Part shown: one piece after another, positions 1 to 12,174 of the stretch
Position numbering within the stretch: the stretch's first letter is position 1
Layout: the number at the start of each line of letters is the position of its first letter
Source of the DNA: Chara braunii
Taxonomy: Eukaryota; Plantae; Charophyceae
Assembly: GCA_003427395.1 (NCBI GenBank)
Contig: BFEA01000035.1
Coordinates: forward strand, 1,185,379 to 1,249,378
Direction of reading: 5' to 3'
Length of the DNA: 64,000 nt
The notes under the pieces: generated by a model
Database searches by the model: none
Told to the model about the DNA's origin: nothing
Seen by the model: the letters and a program-made list of their open reading frames with translations, nothing else
Position numbers and translations under genes: made by a program

Positions 1-1739
1 ACGTAGGTTCTCCCGTGGCTCAATCTAGTCGTGCGATGATGCGCGCTCGTACGGGGGTCCTCCCTGTGGTCCGATTAGGTTCACGCGCGTGCGCGGGTCT
101 TCTCCGTGTCCTGATTCAGTCGCGCGCAGGTTCGCGCGTGTGCGTTAGCTTCGATCCCGTTCGCGCGCTGAAAAACGCGCGCGCGCAGGTTCTCCCGCGC
201 CTCAATCTAGTTGAGCGCTGATGCGCGCCCGTACGAGGGTCCTTCCCGTGTTCCGATTAGGTTCTTGTGCTTGCGCGGGTCTTCTCCTTGTCCTGATTCA
301 GTCGCGTGCAGGTTCGCGCGCGTGCGTTAGGGTGCGTGACTTCCTGATCCCGGTCATGTGTCCTCTTGCGCGTGCACGCCCGCCCGCGCGAATAGCGGAC
401 ACCCACGTCGTGCGTAGCTTCCTCCCTCATGTACTTGCCCACTTGTAGTTCTTGCTCGTCTTCCTCTTCGTGCATTCCTTGCCCCGGTCGTCCCTCTGTG
501 GGTGCGTCTGTGTATCTCTCATTCTGTGTTTCTTGTACTCCTACCGTGCGCCCCTGTGTGCGCCTATGTGCGTGTGTGCCGCTGCGCGATCACGATCCGA
601 CGTGCGGGTTGCGCGCGTGTGTTCGTGAGTGCATGTAGCCTCGCGATCCCAATCCCGATCCCCGCGCTCATCCAAGTGTGCGCGCTTCTTCCTCGCGCGC
701 TCCCGAGTCGTCTCTCCACAGGTGCGTCTTAGTGCGTCCTGCTCCAAGCCCCCCCGAGCTCCCCCTGGGCGTCCGTACATTCGCCCCCGAGTACGCTTGT
801 GGGAAGCGCCTAGTGCACTAGCGAGTCAGCACACCCGTGCCAGCTCCGTGCGCATCCGGAACTGCCTCCTATTCGTCCGCTTCTAGGTGCGCCTCTCCTG
901 AAAAGTCCTCGCCTTTGAGCCCGGTTGGGCTTATATAGTTTGTCGGGCCCTTCTCTCAGTGAGCCTCAGCATCCACAACCTTCGAGGCTGCCGATAAGTT
1001 TGCAGCGCCCGGGTACCGCAGCTTCCCCGAGCCTGTTCCCGGGCCTATTTAGGCCTTCGAAGAGTTTTCCACGAAAAAGGGCCTTTCTGTCGGGTACGGG
1101 GCCTTTTGCAGCGCCCTGGTTCCGGTCCTCCTCCCGAACCTAGGTCCGGGTTTGTGCTCGCGTGGTCCCCACGCAAAAGGTACCGGCCTTATGAAATTTC
1201 GCAGGTTGTACCCCGGATTTAATAATTCTATGGCCCTTTTTCCCCCGCCTTAGGCCCGCAGGTCCCCTTAGGCCTTTTCTTAGGGCCGCGTGCCCAGGCC
1301 CCGAGCGTGCTTGAGCAGCAATCCCTTCTTCCTTCTACCTCCATGATGAGCCTCGGTGCTGATTGCCAATAGCTCCCCTGAGGGCCCGCCTTGAAGACCC
1401 AAAGCCTCTTTTGTCTAGCCCATAGCCCAGACACTCAAAGTAACCTTGGTCTCCTTGTTCCCGTCGGTCTTCTGTAGCCCCCGATCTCCCTCTGTAGCGG
1501 CCGCCCCTTCGTGCCTTGGCAATGATAAGTCTCAATAGTGCGAGTAAGGAGGGCGCTTACCTAGAACTCAGGGATGTGCTTCTTCTTGACGCCTCGGTGT
1601 CGATTCTTGTCACGTGAATCTGATACCATATCCTTTGGTGTCGGTTGCGATCCCGCCAGGCAAATTGACTGACTTCAGTCCCCATCAAAAGTTATCCTCA
1701 AGGAAGTAAGGGGCGGCGTAAGGCTTGAGCCGCCCGACA
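1..1739 (+). mobile_element. Gypsy-type LTR (3' part) inserted into the integrase of the neighbouring element
   Basis: Ends ...GAGCCGCCCGACA at 1739, where the integrase reading (GPWEVLDIVGSDP) breaks off. Its reverse complement TGTCGGGCGGCTCAA resembles the LTR end at 12950 (TGTCGGTTTCCGGCTCAA). TATA-like TTATATA at ~931. Confidence 0.55.
5..330. repeat. ~183-bp GC-rich tandem duplication inside the LTR
   Basis: AGGTTCTCCC...CTCAATCTAGT...CCGATTAGGTTC...CCTGATTCAGTCGCG starts at 5 and again at 188. Confidence 0.8.
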
Positions 1740-2880
1740 CCGGATCACTACCCACTATATCCAAGACCTCCCAAGGACCAAAATACTGAGGCATTAGCTT
1801 CCTAAAGATGCCGGACTCCTGTCCTAACTCACTAGCCTTTACCCAGACTCGTTCTCCTACCTGAAATGTGGACTGTCGTCTGTGTCTGTTCTCATAGGCA
1901 ATCATGGCCTCTTGAGATTTTCTGATATGCTTGACAGCCTGCTGCAACAACTTCTCATATTGGACACCAAATTCAGTGGTTCCAGGAGTTGCAGCTGGTC
2001 GGTTTTCAAGAACAAGAAAGTCTAGTGTTGATCTAGGCTTCCAACCCAAGTGCAACTCATTTGGGGAAACTCTGGTGGTGCTATGAACTGCGTTGATGTA
2101 CAGACTAGCGATGAGAGGTAACTTCTCATCCCATGCATCCTGGCGGGGCTTGATGTAATGCCTCAGCAAGTGTTGTACCACACGGTTCATCTGCTCCGCC
2201 TGGCCGTTGGCTTCAGGATGATTTCCTGAAGTCATCTGGAGTTGGCTGACCATCTTCTCAGCCACTTACTTCCACTTCTCACTAGTGAATCAGACATCTA
2301 TATCGCTAACTATTGTCTTGGGCACTCCGAAATCACGCACCCAGTTATCCATAAATAACTTGCTGACTTGATCAGTCTTGGTAGTTTCTGGCATAACAAC
2401 CACTCTAGCGTACTTGGTGAACCTGTTAACCATGACAAATATATGTCTCTTCCCACTCTTGCTGGTCACGAGAGTGTCCATGAAATCCATGGAGACGCTT
2501 TGTCCCCGACCAGCAGGAATAGGCAAGGGCTTGATCAACCCAAGTGGTGATTGAGTTCTCGGCTTATCTCATGTGGAAACTTGACAAGTCCGGACATAAT
2601 TCTTTGCATCATCAAGCATAGACAACCACCTGAAACGCTGTACCAGGTTAGCACTGGTCTTCTTGTACCCAAAATATCCCATCGTATCGTGACTCTCACC
2701 TAAAACTAAACTACGCAAAAACTCACTAGACGACACACGTAGTCTTTTGAAGCCTGCCTGCTCAAGAAAGAGCAACCTATCCACCATCACAAACTCGTCT
2801 AATGTGACCTTATCCCACACCTCAAGCTTGGGGATGATGTTCATCATGACGAGGTCTTTCTCGTAGGCTTCCACCAATGA
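1740..2880 (-). pseudogene. Gypsy integrase (H2C2 zinc finger, DDE core, GPY/F module), disrupted
   Basis: ESHDTMGYFG...CQV, SVSMDFMDTL, GVPKTIVSD, HPEANGQAEQMNR, FQVGERVWV...GPWEV across ORFs 2569-2877, 2290-2538 and 1675-2265. Confidence 0.92.
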
Positions 2881-2885
2881 TCAAG

Positions 2886-4270
2886 TTAGCTCGTTAGATA
2901 AACCAAACTTAGTAAGTAGCACACCAAGATAGTCCGCCCTCCGCAAAGTGCACCAGCAACCTTATTGTACTCTCCTTTCACGTAGTCTAGCTTGAAGTCA
3001 TATTGATCTATGACCTCAATCCAGCGTTTAAGCGCATCGAAGAGGACTGGTTGTGTTTTGATCCACTTGATCGGTTGATGGTCAGTCCTGAAATAGAAGA
3101 ATCGTCCCAAAAGATAATGTCTCTAGTGGATTAAAGCTTTGTACAATGCGTAGAGCTCCCACTCATAGGTGGACTTGGCTAATTTCTTAGAAGCCATTTC
3201 TTGGTCATGTACTCGATCGCCTCAACTTCTTCCTCTCGTGGTGAGCCAGCACTGCACCAATGCCATATTGGCTTGCGCAAGTGGTCACAATGAACGGCTT
3301 CTTAGGATTTGGGAGCATGAGAACCTCATGATGCATGAGAGGATACTTCAGTCGTTTGAAGGCTCTCTCGCATTCGTCGGTCCATTTTCGGGGGCTCGAA
3401 GTCAACCTTCTATGGTAATTTGGCCACATCTTTTTTGGTTCTTTGGTCGGGATGGCCACCTGTTAACCGCTTGTGTTCCCATGGCGTGTCAAGACGAGTT
3501 AGATCAATCAAGGGGGCGGCCACCATACTAAAGTTATTTACAAAGTTCCGGTAATGGTTTGTCATCCCCAAGAAAGATCTGACCTCGGTGGCAGACTTAG
3601 GTCGTAGCGAGTCACGAATGCTAGCCACCTTCGCATCTTCTGACCTAACTCCTTCCGCGGATATCTCATGACCCAAGTGTAAGATCTTGGTGCGACCAAA
3701 CTCACATTTTTCCAAGTTAATCTTATACTTGTTTTGTCGCAGGAGTCCAAGCACAATGTCAACGTGTTGGGCGTGCTCCTGAGCAGTCTTACTAAAGATA
3801 AGAATATCGTCGAGGTAAATGACGATAAACTTGCCTAAGTAGTTATGAAATATCCTATTCATGGCGTGTTGGAATGTACACGGCGCATTGCAAAGGCCAA
3901 AAGGCATAACCACAAACTCGTACAGACCATATCTGGTCTGAAATGCGGTTTTGTGTTGATCCTCGAGTCTAATAGCAATCTGATGGTAGCCGGATTTCAA
4001 ATATATCTTAGTGAAATAGCTACATCTGTGCACCCTATACAATTGGTCATCAATGCGGGATAGAGCCTCTGTGTTCTTCATTGTGATGACATTCACGCCT
4101 CTATAATCAATGCACATCCTTAATGATCCACCCTTCTTCGGTACGAATAAGAATGGTGATCAGTAGGGAGATGTCTTAGGTCGTATCCAACCCTTTTCAA
4201 TGATCTCTTTCAGTTTCTGACGAAACTCGTCCAACTCTGTCGGAGCCATCCTATAGATCCTCTTCTTTGG
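2886..4270 (-). pseudogene. Gypsy reverse transcriptase + RNase H, frameshifted
   Basis: MCIDYRGVN, KSGYHQI, YGLYEFVVMPFGLCNAP, YLDDILIFS; RNase H KPFIVTTCASQYGIGAVL, TDHQPIKW, YVKGEYNKVA. Confidence 0.95.
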
Positions 4271-4514
4271 TGTTTTACTACCTGGTATGATTTTTAGCGA
4301 CGACAACTTCGATCTCTAGGGGTGATTTAACAGCCTCCTCTTTCTCAGAGACGAAGACCAAGTACATACCCTCCTCTTGGTTCTATTTATAATAATTATA
4401 AAACGTTCGTGTACATATGCAACCATAGGAGTCAACTAACCTACTGGCCCTATACTTAACTAGTCTAACGGTCCTCCCATCTGGCAACACATGCTTAAGC
4501 ACCTTCGGTCCCAG

Positions 4515-5177
4515 TCAAACTAGGGCTTGGCGACCTCGAGGTAGTACATACCTAACAGCATGTTCAAACGGCAGGTCGTCGCTAACTCGGAATGTAATCT
4601 TATGATTAAGTTCCCCTCCTCCATAGGAGAAGGTGCATACGACATCCTTGATGTAGTCATTTGTTATCATGCGCTCTTTGTTGGCTAGAGTAGAGGTTAC
4701 AAACCTACTCAAGCGCTGCACCCGGTCCCCTAGGCGCAGTCTCTAAATGCAGTCACGACTTATGAAGTTTCGTGTGGAGGCGATGTCTACGAAGGCACCA
4801 CACTTGCAGCCCCCTAGACCGACCTTCACAACGAAGTGCTCCCCTCGAGGACCTCTTGACAAAACCACGCAAGACTCGTGAGGGTCTCTTGCTGACCACT
4901 CCGTCTCTAAATCGTCTAAGGCCTCAGACACATCTAACCAACAAAGTATTGTTTGGTCGAGATGCGTCTGCGGGATGACAAGTGAGTCAATAGCTTCGTC
5001 CAACTCCTGAAGTGGTGAGGGAACATCTTTCATTTCAGCACAAGTAGAGGTAGCTATAACCTCTACTGGCCCGACGTGTTTCCCTGGGATGAGCTCGCAT
5101 ACGCACCACCCTGGGCGAAAGATCCTCGAAAACCTCCTTTGGGTGGGATCTTTTGAGAGACCTTTGCGTTCTTGCAC
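4515..5177 (-). pseudogene. Gypsy aspartic protease region, decayed
   Basis: CGAFVDIASTRNFIS (degenerate D[S/T]G motif), then the C-terminal VSDDLPFE segment. Confidence 0.65.
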
Positions 5178-5449
5178 TTAAACCACCAGTTCACACGAAG
5201 CTAAATTGACGAACCAAAAGTTGCACGTTTCCAAGCCTGAGTGCTACAGTAACAGGCTGAAAAGAAAAATCTCGGGGTACCAATACCAGCCTACCATGAA
5301 ACTCAAGTGTTGTACCTCGTGCCAGCAGATGGCACCGAAAAGACAAGCGAAAAAAAAAAAAAAAAACAAACTAGATCCAGATTAATGATGAACAAAGGCC
5401 GTTGCCGTTTTTGAAAGAAACAGAAAGTAGATGGGGGGGAAGCCATCTG

Positions 5450-5765
5450 ACCTTGGGCATACTCACAATAGTACTGTCCAGAATGTATCTGACCACTATC
5501 ACAACCAAATCATTGTCCTTTTTTTTCTCTTTTATTTTCCCCTTCTTTCTTGTCATTGGCAGGGCGTATTCCACCTTCTCAGGAAAAGCCCTCACTGAGG
5601 GCATACTCACGCTAGTACTTTCCAGACTGTATCGGACCGCTATCATGGCTGTATCTTCCATTCATTTTTTCTTTCTTTCTTTTTTTTGCCCTATTTACAT
5701 TCTTGGGAATGCCCTTACTCAGGGCATACTCACACTACTACTTTCCAGAATGTATCGGATGGATA
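5450..5765. repeat. Three spaced copies of a ~40-bp motif with T-rich spacers, interrupting gag-pro
   Basis: GGGCATACTCAC.(A/C)TA.TACT.TCCAGA.TGTATC.GA at ~5454, ~5599 and ~5722. Confidence 0.75.
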
Positions 5766-5917
5766 TTACGTATAAATCCGTCTTTGTTTTCCTTCTTTTT
5801 TTTGGTTTTGTTTCTTTCTAAGATCAGTGCCCTGCCAGCAAGGCAAGACGTCTGAGTAAATAGTGCAGTCAAGCCCAGTTTCTCATTTGTTTTCTTTTTT
5901 TTTCCCCGATTGCAATT

Positions 5918-6640
5918 TCAATCGATTTTTTTTGGGCCCACCAGCCTTTTCCCTCCGAACCTGCGCCGTGCCGGATCACTGTTCATGCGCTGTGCCGTTT
6001 TGGTGAATAGTAAGGATCTGTGAACTGGTGGTTTAAGCTGCTGATGGCCGGACTCACGACAGTTAATGCAAGCACCTCGCATGTACCAGTCCCTCCACAC
6101 ATCTTGACCAAGGCCTGTTCTCACCCAAGCCACAGAGTATTGTGCGAGTTATGGGCCTTCCCCTGACTCTTTTGTTGGCCACCCTTGTCGTGACCAACTG
6201 CCTTTCCTTTGGTTGTTGAGGCGAGGTTTCCACCCTCTAGACTCTCCTCACCCCTTAACTCTGTATCTTCCACTAGCTCGGAAATGTCATCGATCTCTAC
6301 TTGAGTACCGTCGTTTTTCCCCCCTCATTTTAGAGGAAGATTCAGTGTCATTTTGTGCATTGGCGAGTAGTAGAGTGGGGCTGTTAGTTGCATGCGCATG
6401 CGCGCGTTGTAGTGGCTTTCGTCCTGATCTCAGTAGGATCGTTTTGTGCTGCCCGTCCTCGTGGTTGCGATCATACTGTTCGTTGTTGTCCGTTGGGCCA
6501 TCTTGCTTCTCACTAAGATTTATCTTGGCCATGTTTATAGCCAGATGCGTTCGTGCGTAGGAAACAACCCAGGGATGAGAGAACAAGGAGAGGGACTCAC
6601 CAACCTGCCACGTGCTCGTCTCCGTGATCCTCGTCATCGT
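5918..6640 (-). pseudogene. Gypsy gag C-terminal region with zinc knuckle
   Basis: RGACINCRESGHQQ (CX2CX4H) upstream of the protease. Confidence 0.7.
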
Positions 6641-7085
6641 GGTGCCATTGCGCTCGTCATCAAGATCCCGATCAACTCATGGTGGTCGTGTTTATGACCG
6701 ATGCATCTTTCCATGTTCTAGCGGGAAACTCATTCTCATGTTCCAACCGACGATGCTCCTCGCGATCGTAGTCGCCGCCTGGTAGTTATCCTCCCTGTGC
6801 TCTTCGTTGTGGCTGTATTGTTCATCTTGGTAGTCAGCATAACGGTTTCAATGCGAGGGCTGGTTAGTTCATCATGATATTTTGCTCGTAGTTACGCCGG
6901 TTTCATGATCGTGATCTTCGTCCGGGTGGTTGCCTACGCCATGCAGTTCGATCGTAGCGAGGCTACCACGCGCCCTCAGCAGTTGCCTCCCTCACATAGG
7001 TTTAGATGAGGAGGCATGAATCTGGCCCACGTATCAGCCAGATGCATTGGGCGGAGGCACTGGAGGGAGGTAGGTAACGAGCATT

Positions 7086-7140
7086 AGAGAGAGAAAAAGA
7101 GAGAAAGAGAGAGAAAGAGGGAGAAAGAGAGAGAGAGAGG
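7086..7140. repeat. Imperfect (GA)n microsatellite
   Basis: Read directly from the sequence. Confidence 0.9.
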
Positions 7141-8998
7141 GGTACTCAACTGTTAGGTACCTTCCCATATTATAGGGGAATATTTATTCTCTATTTTGCA
7201 CATTTGGCAACCGGTGGTCGCGACGCTATCCGTACTAATTGTTAGGATCTGCAATTGTAATTGCTTCATACACGAAGTTAAACTCCTGCATGGTTGGGTT
7301 CGGTCAAGCCCTCACTGTAAACGAGGTGAGAAGGGGCGAAGGTTGTGAAGAAGAGGTGACAAGGAAAGCGAACGACAAGAGAAGAATTTAGGATATGGCA
7401 ATGCATCTTCTCATACTCTATGGGAAGATTCATTCTCACTTGCACGCTTAGTGGGTAGTGGAGCGGCCCCAGAGCTACTCCACTGTTCGTCACATTGGTG
7501 CAATCCCGTTGTTGCTCGCAGTAATCAAACTGCTGCTCGTGGTGTTCGGTACCCGCAACAGATTGATCTCGCTCTTCGTGATGGTAGTGCAGTTCGCCCT
7601 GACAGTCATCTCCCTCGTTCACAACCGTGGAGCCGAGCCATAAGTCGTGGATGTCACTACAGTTGTCTTGTTGGTATTACTACTCATGCTTCTTGTCCTA
7701 GTCCTCACTTGAATGTTGTTCCAGGTGCTCTATTAAATCACAGTGGAACGCCGAGTCCGCCTGCTACGTGCTGGTAGCCGGGCTTCCTGTGGTCGCCATG
7801 GTCCATCGGTCTTCGTATTTGAGGCCTTTGTGGTCACGACATTCTGTGGCATTAGTGCATGACTGTTCTTAGTTGGTGGAATGATCTGTCTGGTTAATCC
7901 CGTTGACGAGCAAGACCTCAACCTGCAAATATAGCAAGGATTGATAGGTTGGGAACTCTTCTCCGAACTTGTGGTATTGGGGAGGTGATTGGCTAAGGCC
8001 GACACTATGGTTGGGATTGCCAAGGCCAGGGCTGCCGTTTGTGCTACTAAGGTTGGCGCTGCTGCAGCCGTATACGGTTTCGTGACTGCTGGCAGTTAGG
8101 GAGCCACTATTGCGTTCTGCAAGAACTATTGTTCCCCCGACAAGCTGGTGAGATTACAGCAGTGGTGCTGTCATCTTCCCAGCAGAGGTAGTGTTGCTAT
8201 GATGTCTTCAAAGTGCTGCTACTGTTGAAACTGTTTTCATAGGGCTACAACTGCTGATTCATCATCAAAAGGCTGATATTCGCACGCTGCTACCGCTATA
8301 CATTTTGCTGCAACAATTTGTTGTCGTCGGTTAGTAGGCTGCTGTTTCGTCCTCGGTCATTGCTGCAGTGTTTTTCAGCGGACTGCTGCTGCGAGCTCCG
8401 AGGGGTGTGCTCTATTCGAACACAGCCTTTCTAGGCTGCGTAGCAGGGTCATGGTCAAAGGTGAGACACTGTGGCTTTAGAGGGGTGATCAGGCTCTGCA
8501 AGGGGGTTATTGTCGCGGCCTGGAGATATCAGGAGGCTATTACCCTGCATTTTGACCATGGTTTGGCCATGCTACTGCGTTTTTGGCCACCATTGCGGGG
8601 CCCTCAGGAACATTGAGATTTCAAGGCCCTCTCATGCGAGTCTGAGTGCACCCTTCTTGAATCGAAGAGACTAAAATGACTTCTTCTTCTTCCCTTCTTA
8701 CTAAGTCTAGTCTATTTGGTTACGAGAGGAAGGCGACAAGCGGGACTGGAAACCCATAATCTGCACCAAGGCCTTTGTAGGAGGTTGCCCCACTGATTGC
8801 GGGAGCTCTACAGGAACCCAGGCGAGGTTTTGGAGGCAGAGAACTTACATGTATAACTCTCTTCTTGTGAGTGCCTATTGTAGCCCTATCAGTACGCCTC
8901 TCTAAGTTGTCTACTATGTCTGCAGGCACTGAGTCTCCCTTAAATTTTTGTTTTATTCAGGATTAAACCCAGATTAAGTAAAGGAATTGTATGCATGA

Positions 8999-9000
<2 letters not shown>

Positions 9001-9047
<47 letters not shown>

Positions 9048-11030
9048 AAAGNNNNNNNNNNNNNNNNNNNNNNNNNNTTTTTTTTTTTTCGGGAAAGAGG
9101 CTCCATCTATTGATGGGGAGCATCACCTGCTGGAAAACGGGCCCAGCGTCCCATATATGTGCAGAATTTAAAGAACATCCGAAAGGGTTGTAGGAGATTC
9201 CGACCAGCATTGATTGTCGTGGATTCTAGGGGGTTGACAGAGCGGGACCTTGGAAGACAGGGGGAAAGTCTCCCCTCCATGCACCCGATTCATAACATCT
9301 CAGAACAAAACAAAAACGGGAAAGTCCAGGGGATTGACTGAGCATATATTGCCCTAGGGTCCAGGGGATTGACTGAGCAGGATGATGGGGTGGGGGGGGG
9401 GGCTCTTCACCTTAGAACAGGCGCCAGATACTTGCAACTACGCACTGGTCCCTCCCGCCCCTACATTTGCAGAACCCTGTTGTTGGCCCGCTCACACCGC
9501 TCCGTACCATTGCATGTCCACCATGGTCAGCTGATGGGGAGGGAAGGGATCGAGAAAGTCCGAGGGTGGCCGCAATGGGATCCTTGGGTCCACCGTTGTC
9601 CAATCTCTGAAGCAAATATGGTAGTCTCTTTTGATCGACTCGTGGTTGCCTCCTTCGATACCTTCGTTATCTTCCTGGGTGCCGCCGCCGTCCCACTTAA
9701 TGAAAGCAATCCAGCCCCCGTTGTTGCTGCCCAGCCAGTCCCCTGTAAATTGTTGAATTTTTTGTTTTATGTATTTCTGTGTCTGAAGCATATCCAACTG
9801 ATTTTAAACTTTCTGCCATTATGCCGTGAGATTTTGGTGTACATATTGTTTAACTATGTCTGTCATTTCCTCCCCGGCTATGCGGACCCTTTCCATGACA
9901 TATGTACAACGTCTTCTCCAGATGGCCCACATAACGGCTCTCCTCCCTATCTTGAACATATTGTTTTCGAAGGTGCTATTAAAAGGGGAAGTCCATGTTT
10001 CGCATAGAATCGCCCGCCAATCCCACGACCAGGTAGAGCCAGTGTCCAAACGGTTCCAGATTTTGTCCCACCATCGCCATGTGAAAACCGCCCCCAGACA
10101 CTGCATGAATATGTGTTCAATTGTTTCCATAGTTTTATGGGAGGGAAACGCCAAGTAGCATGACTCGCACCACGGGAGCGCCCGACCTTTCTGCTCCAGA
10201 TATGTGCGGTCGATTAGCCAGTCGTTGGTGAGGAGGCAGTGGTGTTCTCTCTGCTACTGCAGCGAGGCCAGCTTCGCAGGCCTAGACCTCGTGAGGGTGA
10301 ACCACCAAATGGGGCGGATGACTTCCACCCCCACATTCAAGTGCGACCTCCAGCGGTTCTTTACGATGTTCTTCAAATTCACTCTGGGGCGTAGTAAACG
10401 GTACGTGGATTTCACCGACAAGCTTGGGAGCATTACATTCGTGGCCGTCCGGAATCTGTGTGCAGGGGGCCATTGCCACTCCTCAGGGTCGAAGGGGAGA
10501 TCTGCAAGACAGGTCTCCGCCCGGTATGCTATCCTATCTTCCTTTGCGTGTAACACCCAGATTCTGTACAGGTCAGCGTTTCGGTACAATCTCCTCTCAT
10601 TCGGAGTGTGTTTGGATAGTACATTGACTATTCCTTTGTGCAAGAATTTAATCAATGTTTCATCGTTTCGCACTTCCATGACACACCCTACACTCTTCGG
10701 TTTTCCCGGAGCCCCTACCCAGTCCCCCTCCACTAGCCTCAAAGCCTTGCGCATAATGCGTACCCAATCCAGGTGGGTTGCAAAAACCAGCTGCTCCAGG
10801 TTCCTTTCTATGTTGTGACAGTGTTTCAGTACCGTCCTCAGTTGTGTTGTTGTTTTCCAGTCTTTGTTTCCGACGTCTTAGATATCTTTGACTCTAATTA
10901 TGCCATTCTTAACCCAACAGTTCCATTGGGGGTCCGAACCACAGTATATCCTCCTGTTCCGATCCGTGATCTTTCTGTTCCCAAACAGGGGTTGTCTAAC
11001 CACCTCCTCCCACCTGGTCAGCCCGGGTTT
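9001..11030 (-). mobile_element. 5'-truncated L1/Tx1-type LINE (ORF2 C-terminus, 3' UTR, poly(A)) inserted in the Gypsy leader
   Basis: Poly-T at 9001-9088. zf-RVT-like ETIEHIFMQC and FDPEEWQW match the LINE at 20588-25131. The homologous leader at ~55790 lacks this insert. Confidence 0.9.
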
Positions 11031-11129
11031 GTTTACTTTTTTTGTTGTTTGAAGTCAGACAGAGGAGAATAAACTGGGGGAAGGTGGGAGGAAGGTGGTT
11101 TCACATGCGATTTGATTGGGTCATAAGAA

Positions 11130-11940
11130 GGGTCAGGTAATGTTTCTAAGATGACTGACCAGATTGCTTTGTTTACTTATGTTTTTTAAGGACCAGGCAA
11201 CATTTCCGAGATGACTGACCAGGTTGCTATGTTTTATTTTTACTTGTTTTCTACCTAACTAGACAGTGTTTCTAAGCTGATTGGTCTGGATGGTGTTTCT
11301 TTGGGGTTTGATTAAATGGTTTTGGAAGTCAGGTAGATGATTTACCTGACTACATTTTTATTTCTGGGTGGTTTCTGAATGAACTCTGGACAATGTTTCT
11401 AAGATGATTGGCCCAGAGCTTCCTGGTTTTCTTTGGTTCTGACGATAAGAGTTGAGTAATGTTTCTAAGATGATTGACTCTTTGCATGTTTTTTTGTCTG
11501 AGGGAGTTCATGTTGAAGACTAGGTAACGTTTGTAAGGTGATTGACTAAGTCTGAAACCATTCACCTAATGTGAATCAAGAATAGTTTTTTCTATACTTA
11601 TTACATATATGCACCTATATGAACAAGTTGGTCAGACATTGTTTCTAAGATGAATGGTCTGGCTATAGCTTATCACTAAGGAAGAAAGTATGAAATTAAG
11701 AGTCTAATGAAGGTAACATGGGCAGATGGAACAATGTTTCTAAGATGATTGACTCATACCTAAAAAGTTTAGAGAATATATATGAATTGACTATTAAACA
11801 TCTAACACAAGACCAGACAGTGTTTATAAGATTATTGGTCTAGTCAACTGCCTAATGAAGAGAGAAGTAGTTGTGTCATTTGTTTGTGTATACCAAAGCC
11901 AAAGTTGGGCCAATGCTTCTAAGATGATTGGTTTGACTTA
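11130..11940. repeat. Array of ~9-10 stem-loops with conserved core AATGTTTCTAAGATGATTG
   Basis: The core recurs at ~11140, 11200, 11265, 11392, 11458, 11527, 11638, 11733, 11819 and 11912, mostly flanked by differing inverted repeats. Confidence 0.85.
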
Positions 11941-12174
11941 TGCCATATGTAAGATTGGGTTAAGGGTTAATCATCTGAGGATTCAATGAACTAATTATGT
12001 GAAACCAACTTGGGATTTGGTGAGCATACTTACCTTGGTCATAAGTGTTTGCTTGGGAGTTGGTTTCAGTTTGTCTTTCGATAGGTAGCTGCTTTGGATG
12101 CTCGCTATGTGCTCGAGTCATAGGAGTTAAATCAATTTTCGCCTTTAGAGTTAGTTTGTTCTACCTTCATACTT

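Noticed and set aside
1619-1628. Partial iMet PBS matches (also TGGTATCAAAAC at ~15389)
   Set aside because: Incomplete matches, not adjacent to a supported LTR end.
11130-11940. CRISPR-like repeat-spacer array (also 55900-56635 and 5450-5765)
   Set aside because: Repeats are short and degenerate, spacing is irregular, there are no cas genes, and the context is a eukaryotic retrotransposon.
12026-12038. ATACTTACCT resembling the U1 5' end
   Set aside because: No further U1 sequence follows; better read as a minus-strand splice donor.
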